A DNA stretch of 64,000 nucleotides from a virus, in IMG/VR virus record IMGVR_UViG_3300044632_000653. One strand, given 5' to 3'. The translations under genes and the position numbers were made by a program. Below the pieces are notes generated by a model. It did no database searches and was not told the DNA's origin. It saw only the letters and a program-made list of their open reading frames with translations. This document shows, piece after piece, positions 1-9,378 of this stretch (position 1 is the stretch's first letter; each line of letters starts with the position of its first letter).

Positions 1-362
1 CCGCAGTTGAACTGAAACAGCATTCCCGAACTGTTGTTGGTGTTCTTCTTATAGGGGAACATTCGGTTGGACCCCGCCGTGATGTAGTTCTCCTCGCTGG
101 TGTACCAACTCTTGTCGTTGATGGTCATCGACTTGCAGGTGGTTGCGAGTCGGGCTACATCGGGGACGAACTCCATCCCGAGTGCCGAGCGAACACGCTC
201 GTTGGGGAAGATCATCACAAGCCATCGGTTGGCTGACATCCAACCCGTTTCCCGCAGCCGACCGTAGGCATAGTCCATGAAGGACGGCGCAGGGCTGTCC
301 TTGGATCCCTCTAGGAACCTTGCCCGTGACGAAAGGAAGTCTGTGCGGAAGTCGAGTGCCAT
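1..362 (-). CDS. Baseplate tail-tube initiator, gp54/gp19-like (partial, runs off the window start)
   Basis: Manually translated from ATG at 362: MALDFRTDF...GWMSANRWLVMIFP...LATTCKSMTI, a gp19/gp54-type N-terminal pattern; follows gp4-gp2 as in cyanophage-like T4 relatives; TAGATA 5 nt upstream. Confidence 0.6.
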   Translation of the reverse strand, partial: MALDFRTDFLSSRARFLEGSKDSPAPSFMDYAYGRLRETGWMSANRWLVMIFPNERVRSALGMEFVPDVARLATTCKSMTINDKSWYTSEENYITAGSNRMFPYKKNTNNSSGMLFQFNC

Positions 363-370
363 AGGAGTAT

Positions 371-967
371 CTATTTGGCTAACTTCCACACCTGTTCCCG
401 AGTCGCTCCTTGGAAGTCATCCATGGGGAAGAACGGAACCGTCTTCCACTCGGCAGACGAGATGAAGGCGATGTCGCTGACGATGTGGCTGTAGAGGTAA
501 CGCTTGATGCAGGGGCGGTAGGGCTTGAGTTTCTTGGTCGCCTTCAGTATCGGGTAGGTGACCCTGATGAGTGCCTTGTAGTTGTTGTAGACAGCCCAAT
601 TCGGGTCATCCACCAACTTGATGAGGTTGTTGAGGAAGGTAGCCCGAACGCTCGGCGGGATGTAGTGAAGGTTGAGACCTAGAAATCCCTTGGGCTTCGG
701 GTGGAGGATGATGACCACGGGGAACGCATCCCAAAACGGGAGTTCGTCTTGGGTCTTGGGGTCGTATGCGTAGAAGACCATCCTCCCAGGCGAGAGTTGG
801 TTCCTCTTGGTGATCGTCCTTGACGAGTCGATGAACGAGGACTGCCGCATCCCCGTCTTGATCTTGGAGAGGTTGGTGGCAAGCCATTTCGTCGCCTTCG
901 GGTCCTTGAGGCTCAGTCCCGAGCGACCGAAGTCCCGCACCACCTTTGCTGCCGCTTTCTTGGTCAT
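371..967 (-). CDS. gp2: DNA end protector protein (T4 gp2-like)
   Basis: PGRMVFYAYDPKT..LPFWDAFP..GFLGLNLHYIPP and PCIKRYL motifs; next to gp4. Confidence 0.9.
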   Translation of the reverse strand: MTKKAAAKVVRDFGRSGLSLKDPKATKWLATNLSKIKTGMRQSSFIDSSRTITKRNQLSPGRMVFYAYDPKTQDELPFWDAFPVVIILHPKPKGFLGLNLHYIPPSVRATFLNNLIKLVDDPNWAVYNNYKALIRVTYPILKATKKLKPYRPCIKRYLYSHIVSDIAFISSAEWKTVPFFPMDDFQGATREQVWKLAK

Positions 968-1461
968 GCCTTTGCCTTTCCGAAGATGTTTTCCTCAGTC
1001 AGGATGCGGAAACTCCAACCCCTGTCCTCGCAGTAGTCCTTAGCCGCAGACCACTTCGCCGAGTTGATCATCCAATTCCTGATCTCCGTGATCTTGCTCT
1101 TGGACACCCTCTTGGTGGTGGGTTGCTCGGGCTTCATCGTCTGCTTCTTGGGCTTCACCTCAATCAGGGACTCCTCCACGGTTCCATCGGGCTTCCTGAT
1201 CCGAACCCAAAAGTCCACGAAGTACCTGTGTCTCCTGCCGTCTAGCGGGGAGATGTAGGGCACGATCACTTCCTCGGATGACCACTCGACCACGGAGTCG
1301 TTCTCGTCGCAGAATGTCATAAACCTGCGCTCCCACAGAGAGCGGTAGAAGCACATGTTGGCATCCCCTTTGTACTTCTGCGGCTGCTTTGGCTTGAATT
1401 TTCCCTTGTAAGACTTGCCCGTGGCTATGGCAGATCCCTCCGCTTCCTTATGTAGCGGCAC
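964..1461 (-). CDS. gp4: Head completion nuclease (T4 gp4, TnsA-like PD-(D/E)xK); true start uncertain
   Basis: YKGKFKP..P.KYKGD, YRSLWE, WSSEE..PY.SP.D.R.HRYFVDF, LIEVKP motifs. Confidence 0.93.
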   Translation of the reverse strand: MPLHKEAEGSAIATGKSYKGKFKPKQPQKYKGDANMCFYRSLWERRFMTFCDENDSVVEWSSEEVIVPYISPLDGRRHRYFVDFWVRIRKPDGTVEESLIEVKPKKQTMKPEQPTTKRVSKSKITEIRNWMINSAKWSAAKDYCEDRGWSFRILTEENIFGKAKA

Positions 1462-1471
1462 TCGCTAAATA
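1449..1471. promoter_or_regulatory. Back-to-back T4-type late promoters (TACATA on minus at 1449-1454; TAAATA on plus at 1466-1471)
   Basis: Resemble the T4 late promoter TATAAATA; lie at the divergence point between gp4 and gp48. Confidence 0.7.
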
Positions 1472-1479
1472 CGATCACG

Positions 1480-2649
1480 ATGGCAAACGAATACAGCAGC
1501 GTGGGGACATTTGGGGACATTCGTGCTATTGAGGGCATGCTCCTCAATAAGTCGAGGTCTGCGTTTGAGCGTCGGCTCTACGAGCGTGGCAAGGATGTCC
1601 GAGACAGGAAGCACTACAAGTACCCTCTTGAGATCCTCAGCACTCCCGACCACATGAACGCTATGTGCATTGAGATATGGGACAACAATCCCGCATATCT
1701 CGCCACTAAGCGTGAGACATTCAAGCGTCTTGGCGAGAGTGCCGCCCGAGCGGTGGGTGCCTCGCAGCAGAACGCCCAAAATGGACAGGCGGCAGCCGAC
1801 ATCGGGGACATCGTGGGTGCTGGTATCCAAGGCGCAGCGGCTGCTGCGGGAGCCTTCGTCGGTTTGCTTTCGGATGCCTTCGTCGGAGGCAACCTACAAG
1901 GACAGGGCTCGGGAAGGGACTCCTACACAGAGGAACAGACGGGTCTTGCGGGTGGCACAGCCCCCGTCATGCACAGGATCTACCTGTACATGCCAACGAA
2001 CATGTCGTTCGGGTATGGATTTGAGTACGAGGATGCCAACATGAGCGGCATGGACATCCTCAAGTTGCCCAAGGCTTTGGCTCAAGGCAACGCCGAGGTG
2101 GCTAAGGACATAGGAAAGAAAATCGCAATGACCAATCTCAAGGTCCTTGACGATCTCGGCAGCAAGGTCGGTATCGAAGCAGGAACTCTCGGGAAGTTCT
2201 TCTCGGCGCAGCAGAGGCAGGTCATCAATCCCATGAACCTGCACATCTTCAAGGAGGTGAAGAGGCGTGAGTTCTCATTCGCATACACCTTCCTCCCGAA
2301 GAGCCGTGCGGAGATGCTCAACTGCCATGAGATCGTGAACATCCTCAAGTTCTTCGCTCACCCCAAGAGGTCCGAGGGCGAGGGAAGGTTCCTCGACTAC
2401 CCCGCAGAGTTTCAGATTTACTTCCTACAGGGCGACGGCAAGAACAACGCATACATGCCCTACATCTTCAAGTGTGCGCTGAAGGACATCAAGGTCTCCT
2501 ACGGCGAGGAAACCGTGTTCTCCACATTTGAGTCGGACGATTTCGGAGCATCTCCGACCAAGATGAAGTTGGATCTCACCTTCAGCGAACTTGAGATCCT
2601 GACCCGTGATAGGTTCGGCATCGATGTCGGCACCGTTCCGAGTGCATGA
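1480..2649 (+). CDS. gp48: Baseplate tail-tube cap (T4 gp48-like)
   Basis: IYLYMP, INP..HIFKEVKRREFSFAYTFLPKSRAE, YPAEFQI, LTFSELEILTR motifs; precedes gp53. Confidence 0.88.
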   Translation: MANEYSSVGTFGDIRAIEGMLLNKSRSAFERRLYERGKDVRDRKHYKYPLEILSTPDHMNAMCIEIWDNNPAYLATKRETFKRLGESAARAVGASQQNAQNGQAAADIGDIVGAGIQGAAAAAGAFVGLLSDAFVGGNLQGQGSGRDSYTEEQTGLAGGTAPVMHRIYLYMPTNMSFGYGFEYEDANMSGMDILKLPKALAQGNAEVAKDIGKKIAMTNLKVLDDLGSKVGIEAGTLGKFFSAQQRQVINPMNLHIFKEVKRREFSFAYTFLPKSRAEMLNCHEIVNILKFFAHPKRSEGEGRFLDYPAEFQIYFLQGDGKNNAYMPYIFKCALKDIKVSYGEETVFSTFESDDFGASPTKMKLDLTFSELEILTRDRFGIDVGTVPSA

Positions 2650-2657
2650 GGTAAAGC

Positions 2658-3566
2658 ATGGGATACTTCGATTTCATCCCGAGCGTGGCTTATCCGAATG
2701 ACGAAGGCGGCAGGACCATCGTCAAGGACATACTCGTCCGTGGCAAGATCATCGACGCTCTCCGTGAAGCCGCCTCGGCGGCACTTGAGTACACGGTCGA
2801 GGACGAGGAGAAGCCCGAGACCCTCGCATACAGGATCTATGGCAGAGCCGACTACCATTGGCTCATTCTTCTCTTCAACGAGATCCACGATCCATTCTTC
2901 TCTTGGCCGATGAGCATCAACGAGATGGAGAAGCACATGGAGGCTTCCTACTCGGGCAAGGCACTCTTCATCGACCCTGTTGGTCTTTGGGACTATGACA
3001 AGGAACTTCCCCTCGACAGGCGTGTCCCCCACTTCGCAAAGGGAGACCTGATCCAACAGAAGGATGTCTTGGGGTCGGTGGTGGCGACCGCCGAAGTGAT
3101 TTCATGGGACCCCAACCTGTACAAGGTCGTGGTGGATTCCGTCAGCGGCTCGTTCAGGCTTGTGGGGGAGGCGGCTAGGCATACGAGCGTGATCTCGGAC
3201 AGGACCGCCTTGACGAGGGACATCACCACGGTCAACTCCACGGGCAAGACGATCACCGTCCCGCTCGTCAGGATCACCGATGACAACAGGTATGCCTTGC
3301 AGCGGTTTGAGAACTCCTCGCAGGAGGAGATATCCCCTTGGTTCCGTGCCAAGGGCAACCCTACGCCGATCATCGAAAAGTATGCGCTAGGCAGGTCCGA
3401 GGTCTTCCCGATGGGGGATAACGAGGTGGGAGAGGACCTCGGTAACGCCACAATCGTGACCAACATAGAGAACGAGGAGAGGATCAACGATGCGAAGCGC
3501 ACGATCAAGGTCATGCGTCCCGAGTACATCGACTTGGTCTTGAGAGACTTCCGCAGTCTGTTCTGA
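2658..3566 (+). CDS. gp53: Baseplate wedge subunit (T4 gp53-like)
   Basis: MGYFDFIP..Y, LysM-like EKPETLAYRIYG...HWLILLFN.I.DP...WP, C-terminal E..NDAKRTIKV..PEY. Confidence 0.9.
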   Translation: MGYFDFIPSVAYPNDEGGRTIVKDILVRGKIIDALREAASAALEYTVEDEEKPETLAYRIYGRADYHWLILLFNEIHDPFFSWPMSINEMEKHMEASYSGKALFIDPVGLWDYDKELPLDRRVPHFAKGDLIQQKDVLGSVVATAEVISWDPNLYKVVVDSVSGSFRLVGEAARHTSVISDRTALTRDITTVNSTGKTITVPLVRITDDNRYALQRFENSSQEEISPWFRAKGNPTPIIEKYALGRSEVFPMGDNEVGEDLGNATIVTNIENEERINDAKRTIKVMRPEYIDLVLRDFRSLF

Positions 3567-3573
3567 GGAAACC

Positions 3574-5043
3574 ATGCCTGAGATCAATGACGAGACGATG
3601 ATGCGACCTGGCGATGTGGTGATCGATGAGATCACCCTTCGGTCCTACACGGGATTCAACCTCAGCCTCAAGGGCATATTTCAGAACTTCACCATCTACG
3701 AGGACATCTTTTCCAACTGCATGTCGGGAAGCATCACGCTGATCGACAGCATGAACCTCATCAAGCACTTCCCGATCATCGGTGCCGAGACCCTGACCGT
3801 GAAGTACAAGACCCCGTACAAGGGGTCGCCGTTGGTCAAGTTGGTTTTCCGAACCTACAAGATCTCGGTCAAGGTCGCCACGGCGCAGCCCTTCACGCAG
3901 ATGGTCAGGATCGAATTCATGTCCGACCACGCCTTCAAGAGCATGCAGAAGAAGGTGTCCAAGTCGTTCAATCGGATGCCTGTCTCCAAGATGGTCGAGA
4001 ACATATTCCTTGAGTACCTCGCAAGGACCGACGAGGAGAACAGCGGCATCCTCAAGGCTGCGCTGCAAGGTGCCGTGGCGGGAGGCATGATCGCAGGTAT
4101 TGCGGGTCCGATTGTCGCCGCTCCCACCGCAGCACTCGGTGCCGTGATCGGTGCGGTCAAGGAGGCTAACGACGATGACAGGATCCCGCTGCGGACTGTC
4201 GAGGAGACTTACGACACCCGCTCGTATGTCATACCCTATTGGTCTCCCTTGTACACGATCAACTGGTTGGCGCACAAGGCTCGCTCCAAGTACGACACAT
4301 CCCTCTGCGACTATGTCTTCTACGAGAACTCCGATGGTCACCACTTCATACCGATCTCACGGCTGAAGCGGCAGTCACCGAAGTTCACCTACACGGACTA
4401 TGTGCAGGGATTCAGAAGTCAGTCGGGCGAGAGGATGATCGAATCCGAACTTCGGAACATCATCGCCATGACCGTGGAGGACATCTCCGACAGGGTCAAG
4501 CAGCAGAGTTTGGGGATGCTTTCCTCGGCGATACTCGCCCATGACATGGTCACCAAGTCGTGGAAGACGGTCCACTTCAACTACGACGAGTCTTTCTACA
4601 GGCAAGGTTTGCATGTGGAGGAGTATCCGCTCATACCCGCCGAGAAGACGGACTACTCCAAGGCTGTCGAGTCGAGCATCAAGTACTACCCGAACACGAC
4701 ATACACCATGAACGGCATCGTGTCGAACAGCGAGCCCGAGGAGACGGTTCTGCTCAGGCAGTCCCTGCTCAATCAGATCAACTCGGTGAACATCATAGTT
4801 GAGTGCCACGGGGACACGAATGTGAAGGTCGGTCAGGTCATCGAACTCAGGATCCCCGCACCCGAGTCCACCAAGAAGGCTGACAAGTACGAGGATGACT
4901 ACATGCGTGGCAAGTACCTCGTAACGACCGTGAAGCACACGGTGACGGACAGGGACCACACCATGACCATGACCCTTTCCCGTGATTCCCTCCCCGAGGC
5001 AATCGCCGACTTCAAGAAGCCCGAACTCGCCATGGAGATCTGA
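3574..5043 (+). CDS. Baseplate hub protein (gp27/phage late-control-D-like)
   Basis: IYEDIFSNCMSGSITLID, YVFYEN.DG.HF, GDTNVKVGQVI...GKYLVTTVKH; directly precedes gp5. Confidence 0.75.
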   Translation: MPEINDETMMRPGDVVIDEITLRSYTGFNLSLKGIFQNFTIYEDIFSNCMSGSITLIDSMNLIKHFPIIGAETLTVKYKTPYKGSPLVKLVFRTYKISVKVATAQPFTQMVRIEFMSDHAFKSMQKKVSKSFNRMPVSKMVENIFLEYLARTDEENSGILKAALQGAVAGGMIAGIAGPIVAAPTAALGAVIGAVKEANDDDRIPLRTVEETYDTRSYVIPYWSPLYTINWLAHKARSKYDTSLCDYVFYENSDGHHFIPISRLKRQSPKFTYTDYVQGFRSQSGERMIESELRNIIAMTVEDISDRVKQQSLGMLSSAILAHDMVTKSWKTVHFNYDESFYRQGLHVEEYPLIPAEKTDYSKAVESSIKYYPNTTYTMNGIVSNSEPEETVLLRQSLLNQINSVNIIVECHGDTNVKVGQVIELRIPAPESTKKADKYEDDYMRGKYLVTTVKHTVTDRDHTMTMTLSRDSLPEAIADFKKPELAMEI

Positions 5044-6533
5044 TGCACAACCACGAACCCATTCGTTCCGACTTCCTCGGCAAAAACGGCTTCGTGTGGT
5101 GGCAGGGTGTCGTTGAGGACATCTACGACCCGCTGAAGATCGGGCGTGTCCGTGTCCGCATCCTCGGATGGCACACGGATGACAAGTCGGAGATACCTAC
5201 CAAGGACCTGCCGTGGGCGCATGTCGTGATGCCTAGCAACAGCGCATCGATGTCGGGAAAGGGCTGGTCCCCCACGGGCATCCTCCAAGGCACTTGGGTC
5301 ATCGGGTTCTTTAGGGACGGGCTCAACTCACAGGAGCCCGTGGTGTTCGGCACCCTCGGCGGCATCAACACGGTGTCGATCCCCGTGCCGAACATAAGCC
5401 AAACGGGGTTCCCCTTCGTTGATGCCGAGACGAACCGCAGGTTGGTGGCGCAGATCATCGAATCCAAGAAGCAGGAGGTCCTCGCTCAGTTGGAGGAGGC
5501 GAAGGACGATGTGGGCATGAAGCCCTATCAACTGCCGAAGAACCCCGTCATCAACCCGAGCAAGGGGTTCACGGATCCCGATGGGCTCTATCCGCTCATC
5601 TCACGCATGGACGAGGCTGACACCAACCGACTCGCACGGAACGAGCAGGTGGAGAACACCATCGTCAGGAAGAAGACCGAGAGCCTTGAGGTGTGCCAAA
5701 CCGCACTCTACGGATTTTGGTCCGAGCCCAAGACACCCTATGCAGCCGTCTACCCGTTCAACAATGTGTACGAGTCTCAAGCGGGACACATCATCGAATA
5801 CGACGATACCCCCAAGGCAGAGAGGCTCCACTTCTACCATTGCTCGGGCTCCTTCACGGAGATCCATCCCAAGGGCAGCGAGGTCCACAAGGTCGTGGGC
5901 AACGCATGGGACATCACGCTCAACGACAAGATGATCCTCGTCAAGGGCAACGCATCGTTCAACGCCGACAAGACCCTAAAGGTCAAGATGGGCAAGGACC
6001 TTGAGATTGAGGTCTTGGGGGATGTCAAGATGCTCGTCAAGGGAAACATGACCACGGAGGTGAAGGGAAACGCTCTCCACAAGGTCGGCGGCACCTACAC
6101 CCTGTCGAGCGAGGGGAACATGGTCATCATGGCACCACGCATAGACCTCAATCCCGAGGGGGAGAATGCCTCCGAGGTCAGCACCTTCATGGACAAGTTG
6201 CGTGGGTTCGTGAACTCAATCATCACCGCCCTCGCTCCCGCCGATGCGAAGGTCACGAACACCGAACCGACACCCACCCCGCCCGAACTCCCACCCGCAC
6301 CGACTAGGCAGCAAGCCGAAGAAGCCGAGGAGGACGCATTCACCGATGACAGGGTCAGGATCAGCCGCAAGTATCCGAATTTGAGCGCAAGAACCGTGGA
6401 TGTTCTATTGGGGTACAGCGACGATGAGATCGAATACCTAGTGAACAACCCCCGACCGATACAGAGATCGTCCAATCAGACGAATGAAATGCTGCAAAGA
6501 ATCGGCAGGTACGAGGCTCGGGGAGAATCGTAG
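5043..6533 (+). CDS. gp5: Baseplate central spike (gp5: OB fold and beta-helix, no lysozyme domain) with C-terminal extension
   Basis: FVWWQGVVED..DPLKIGRVRVRILGWH, LPWA, GTWVIGFFRDG...Q.P, YPFNNVYES.AGH..EYDDTP..ER, RIDLNP. Confidence 0.93.
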   Translation: MHNHEPIRSDFLGKNGFVWWQGVVEDIYDPLKIGRVRVRILGWHTDDKSEIPTKDLPWAHVVMPSNSASMSGKGWSPTGILQGTWVIGFFRDGLNSQEPVVFGTLGGINTVSIPVPNISQTGFPFVDAETNRRLVAQIIESKKQEVLAQLEEAKDDVGMKPYQLPKNPVINPSKGFTDPDGLYPLISRMDEADTNRLARNEQVENTIVRKKTESLEVCQTALYGFWSEPKTPYAAVYPFNNVYESQAGHIIEYDDTPKAERLHFYHCSGSFTEIHPKGSEVHKVVGNAWDITLNDKMILVKGNASFNADKTLKVKMGKDLEIEVLGDVKMLVKGNMTTEVKGNALHKVGGTYTLSSEGNMVIMAPRIDLNPEGENASEVSTFMDKLRGFVNSIITALAPADAKVTNTEPTPTPPELPPAPTRQQAEEAEEDAFTDDRVRISRKYPNLSARTVDVLLGYSDDEIEYLVNNPRPIQRSSNQTNEMLQRIGRYEARGES

Positions 6534-6546
6534 GGGAGAGACATAA

Positions 6547-7260
6547 ATGTGCTTCCATATTCCCGCTAACAAGATCCCCATATCGAAAACCCCGCAGTCC
6601 GATGGAACGCAGGGTTCTGTGGCTATGCCTAGCGGCACAGAGGGAGCCACCGAGAACTACATGAAACTCGGCTCCGACGAGAAGTTGAACGCCGTGACGA
6701 GCGAGGATGTGTCCATCAAGGGGATGGTCAACCCTCCCGTGGCTACCGACTTCACCGAGTCGAAGCAGTCGCTGAACGAGTTGACGGCGCAGAAGGGAGA
6801 CCTGTCAAAGGTTCCCGACATCGACATCTGTGCCTTTATGAGCAATCTGCCCGATGGAGGCATCGACCTCCCGAGCCTTGAGGGGATTCCCTCGCTCAAC
6901 GACATCATGGTCGCCGTCAACGGTGTCACCCTTCCTGTGCTTCAAGCGGTCTCCCAAGGGATCACGGACATCGTCGGCAGGATCGGAGGAGCAATCGGGG
7001 ACATCGGTGCGGCTATCCAAGGGAGCGTACCGACGATCACCTGCGGCAAGCGTCCTGTGGTCGATCCGTTGCAGGTCGCCGCTTCCGCTGCGGGAGAACC
7101 CGCCCTCGGGGCTGCGCTCGCCCGTACGCCCGAGTCCACGCCCACGCCCACGCCCACGCCCGAGCCCGTTCCGTATGGAACTGATCCGAACATCGTCATC
7201 GAATCTCCCGATGTCACGGTCAGGAGCCTTGATGACACCATAGATTCGGGAGAGTTCTGA
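6547..7260 (+). CDS. Hypothetical baseplate-region protein with Gly-rich amphipathic segment and Pro-Thr linker
   Basis: SD-like GGGGAG upstream; phage codon usage; translationally coupled to next gene. Confidence 0.6.
   Translation: MCFHIPANKIPISKTPQSDGTQGSVAMPSGTEGATENYMKLGSDEKLNAVTSEDVSIKGMVNPPVATDFTESKQSLNELTAQKGDLSKVPDIDICAFMSNLPDGGIDLPSLEGIPSLNDIMVAVNGVTLPVLQAVSQGITDIVGRIGGAIGDIGAAIQGSVPTITCGKRPVVDPLQVAASAAGEPALGAALARTPESTPTPTPTPEPVPYGTDPNIVIESPDVTVRSLDDTIDSGEF
7136..7161 (+). repeat. (CCCACG)n hexamer repeat encoding a TPTPTPTP linker
   Basis: ccacg-cccacg-cccacg-cccacg-ccc. Confidence 0.8.
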
Positions 7261-8051
7261 TGCCTTTCGGGATGACGGGACAGAACCCGATTGAGTTCTA
7301 CTACCCCGACAGGAACTTCGGTGAACTCAACATCAAGGAACAGGACAACTCGACATCGTCAACCTACGACGAGATCGAATGGCTGTCACCTGCGGTTCTG
7401 AACAAGGACTACAACGAGACATTCCCAAACAGACCCATCTACGAACAACAGAGGTTCCTGCGTGACGGAGACGAGACACAATCATGCTCCCTGTCTATCA
7501 GGTTGAGAGCGACATATGTCTCGCAGAGAGGATCTCCGTCAGTTACAGGAGGATCGCTGAAGTTCGCCATAGTTAGCGGCACATTCCCACCAAGTCTGAC
7601 CTTGAACATCGATACGGGAAACATATTCGGTAGGGTCGATGACCTTGATGACATATTTCCTGAAGAGTTTGGTGTGCCCCCCGAAGGTCTTCCCGAGGAT
7701 CCGTTGGCTGAAGAGGCTAAGGAAGTTTATGGGTTCGACTATGGGGATCAGGGACCAAAGAAGTTCACCGAGCAGAACTACGCTGAGAGGGGATCTGCAT
7801 CCCTTCACAAGGGCGGATTCGGTATTGACAAGGATATCGTGTTCACCGCTAGGGCTTTCGATTCGGAACTGACCTCAAGGTACATCGACGGGATCTTCAC
7901 CATCAAGACGATGAACAACTGGTCCTCCGACAGAGACGAGTTCATCCTAAATATCAGGAATCAGTTTTTCATCGATGGTAAGCCTGTGACAAACGAGGAG
8001 TACCTCACCACGATGAAGGGGAGGGGATACTTCTCCGACAACTGTCCTTGA
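7260..8051 (+). CDS. Hypothetical structural protein with putative Ig-like (He_PIG-type) motif
   Basis: FAIVSGTFPPSLTLNIDTGNIFG resembles putative-Ig repeats; lies between gp5 and PAAR. Confidence 0.55.
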   Translation: MPFGMTGQNPIEFYYPDRNFGELNIKEQDNSTSSTYDEIEWLSPAVLNKDYNETFPNRPIYEQQRFLRDGDETQSCSLSIRLRATYVSQRGSPSVTGGSLKFAIVSGTFPPSLTLNIDTGNIFGRVDDLDDIFPEEFGVPPEGLPEDPLAEEAKEVYGFDYGDQGPKKFTEQNYAERGSASLHKGGFGIDKDIVFTARAFDSELTSRYIDGIFTIKTMNNWSSDRDEFILNIRNQFFIDGKPVTNEEYLTTMKGRGYFSDNCP

Positions 8052-8060
8052 GGGGGAAGT

Positions 8061-8348
8061 ATGCCAGCCGCACATCGACACACGGACATCTGCTCGGGTC
8101 ACTCCTGCTTCCCGCCGAGGAACAACATCCAAGGCTCGGACAATGTCTTCGTGAACAGCCTTGGGTGGCATAGGAAGGGTGATGGTTGGGCTACGCATTG
8201 CTGTGGTCCTTCCTGCCACACTAGCAAGACCGCAGAGGGCTCCTCCTCGGTCTTCATCAATAGCCGTCCTGCGGCTAGGGTCGGAGATCCCGTGCATTGC
8301 GGATCCGCATGTGCAAGGGGAAGCAACAATGTGTTCTGCGGGGGTTGA
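8061..8348 (+). CDS. PAAR-domain spike tip (T4 gp5.4-like)
   Basis: MPAAHRHTD.CSGH.CFPP, GS.NVFVN, RPAARVGDPVHCGS..A.GS.NVF.G. Confidence 0.95.
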   Translation: MPAAHRHTDICSGHSCFPPRNNIQGSDNVFVNSLGWHRKGDGWATHCCGPSCHTSKTAEGSSSVFINSRPAARVGDPVHCGSACARGSNNVFCGG

Positions 8349-8353
8349 CTAGG

Positions 8354-8983
8354 ATGTGGGCAAACCTGTCTCTTTGGTTTGACATCGGACTTGCGGTGTC
8401 GGGCGGCTTGGGCGGCATTTTTGCGGGTCTTTTCTACAGCAAGGTCAAGATCAAGGCTCAGGAGCGGAAGGCGGTCGAGGAGGCATCGATCAGCCCGAAG
8501 AACTCTGCGTTTCAGAGCAAGCACACCGTTGTGCATGAGACCCTTACGGCTCTGCGGATCAAGACGGGTGCCGATAGGGCGAGAATCGGTCACTTCCACA
8601 ACGGAGGCAAGTTCCTAGACGGAACCCCGATGAAGAAGTTCAGCATCACGCATGAGTCGTGCGAGCGTGGCATCCCGTATGACGGTGCCAACCTACAGAA
8701 CATATTGGTGACCATGTTTTGGGACTTGGTGGAGACCATGCGGATGGACATGCCGAGCCTCTATTGGTCCATGGACATGAGGGAAGGCTACTTCCGCTCG
8801 TACAACAACGCCAACGGGATCACGGCGTACTCCGTCCTCCCGATTATGAAAGGCGACCTGTACATCGGCTTCATCACCTTGGAATGGTTCGGTGCGGAGA
8901 AGACACCGTCGAGGCAGGATTCCTTTGAGTTGGTCTTCTCACAGGCAAAGGACTACATCGAACTTGAACTCGCATTGAGGTGA
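8354..8983 (+). CDS. Single-TM protein with GAF-like C-terminal domain; candidate T4 T-type holin
   Basis: N-terminal hydrophobic helix; L...R..TGADRA.I..FHNG and S..PI......IGFI.LEW GAF-like pattern. Confidence 0.5.
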   Translation: MWANLSLWFDIGLAVSGGLGGIFAGLFYSKVKIKAQERKAVEEASISPKNSAFQSKHTVVHETLTALRIKTGADRARIGHFHNGGKFLDGTPMKKFSITHESCERGIPYDGANLQNILVTMFWDLVETMRMDMPSLYWSMDMREGYFRSYNNANGITAYSVLPIMKGDLYIGFITLEWFGAEKTPSRQDSFELVFSQAKDYIELELALR

Positions 8984-8985
8984 GC

Positions 8986-9378
8986 ATGGCTAAGGTAGAA
9001 AATACATCCTTCGACCTCGACATAAACTTCGACCGCAACCCTCTGTCGGGGGATGTGGCTGTGAGGAAGGACGAGGAGGCGATCAAGCGGTCGCTGAAGA
9101 ACCTGATCCTCCTCAAGAGGAACGAGAAGCCGTTCCACCCCGAGGTCTATTCGGGGATACAGGACATGCTCTTTGAGTTGGTGGATCCACTCACGGTCGT
9201 TGAGGTGAAGAAGAGGATCTCCGACACCATCCGCAACTACGAGCCCCGTGTGAACACCGCCGTGGTTGATGTGGCGGATGTCATAGATAGGAATGAGATC
9301 AGGATCACGATTCGCTTCACCATCAAGAATGTGCAGCGGGTCTTCTCGACCACCGTAGCCGTTACGAGGCTCAGATGA
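8986..9378 (+). CDS. gp25: Baseplate wedge subunit / sheath initiator
   Basis: DLDINF...P..GD, EAIKRSLKNLI....EKPFHP, LFE, I.NYEPRV. Confidence 0.95.
   Translation: MAKVENTSFDLDINFDRNPLSGDVAVRKDEEAIKRSLKNLILLKRNEKPFHPEVYSGIQDMLFELVDPLTVVEVKKRISDTIRNYEPRVNTAVVDVADVIDRNEIRITIRFTIKNVQRVFSTTVAVTRLR

Noticed and set aside
5043-6533. Lysozyme domain in gp5
   Set aside because: No T4-lysozyme catalytic motif between the OB fold and the beta-helix
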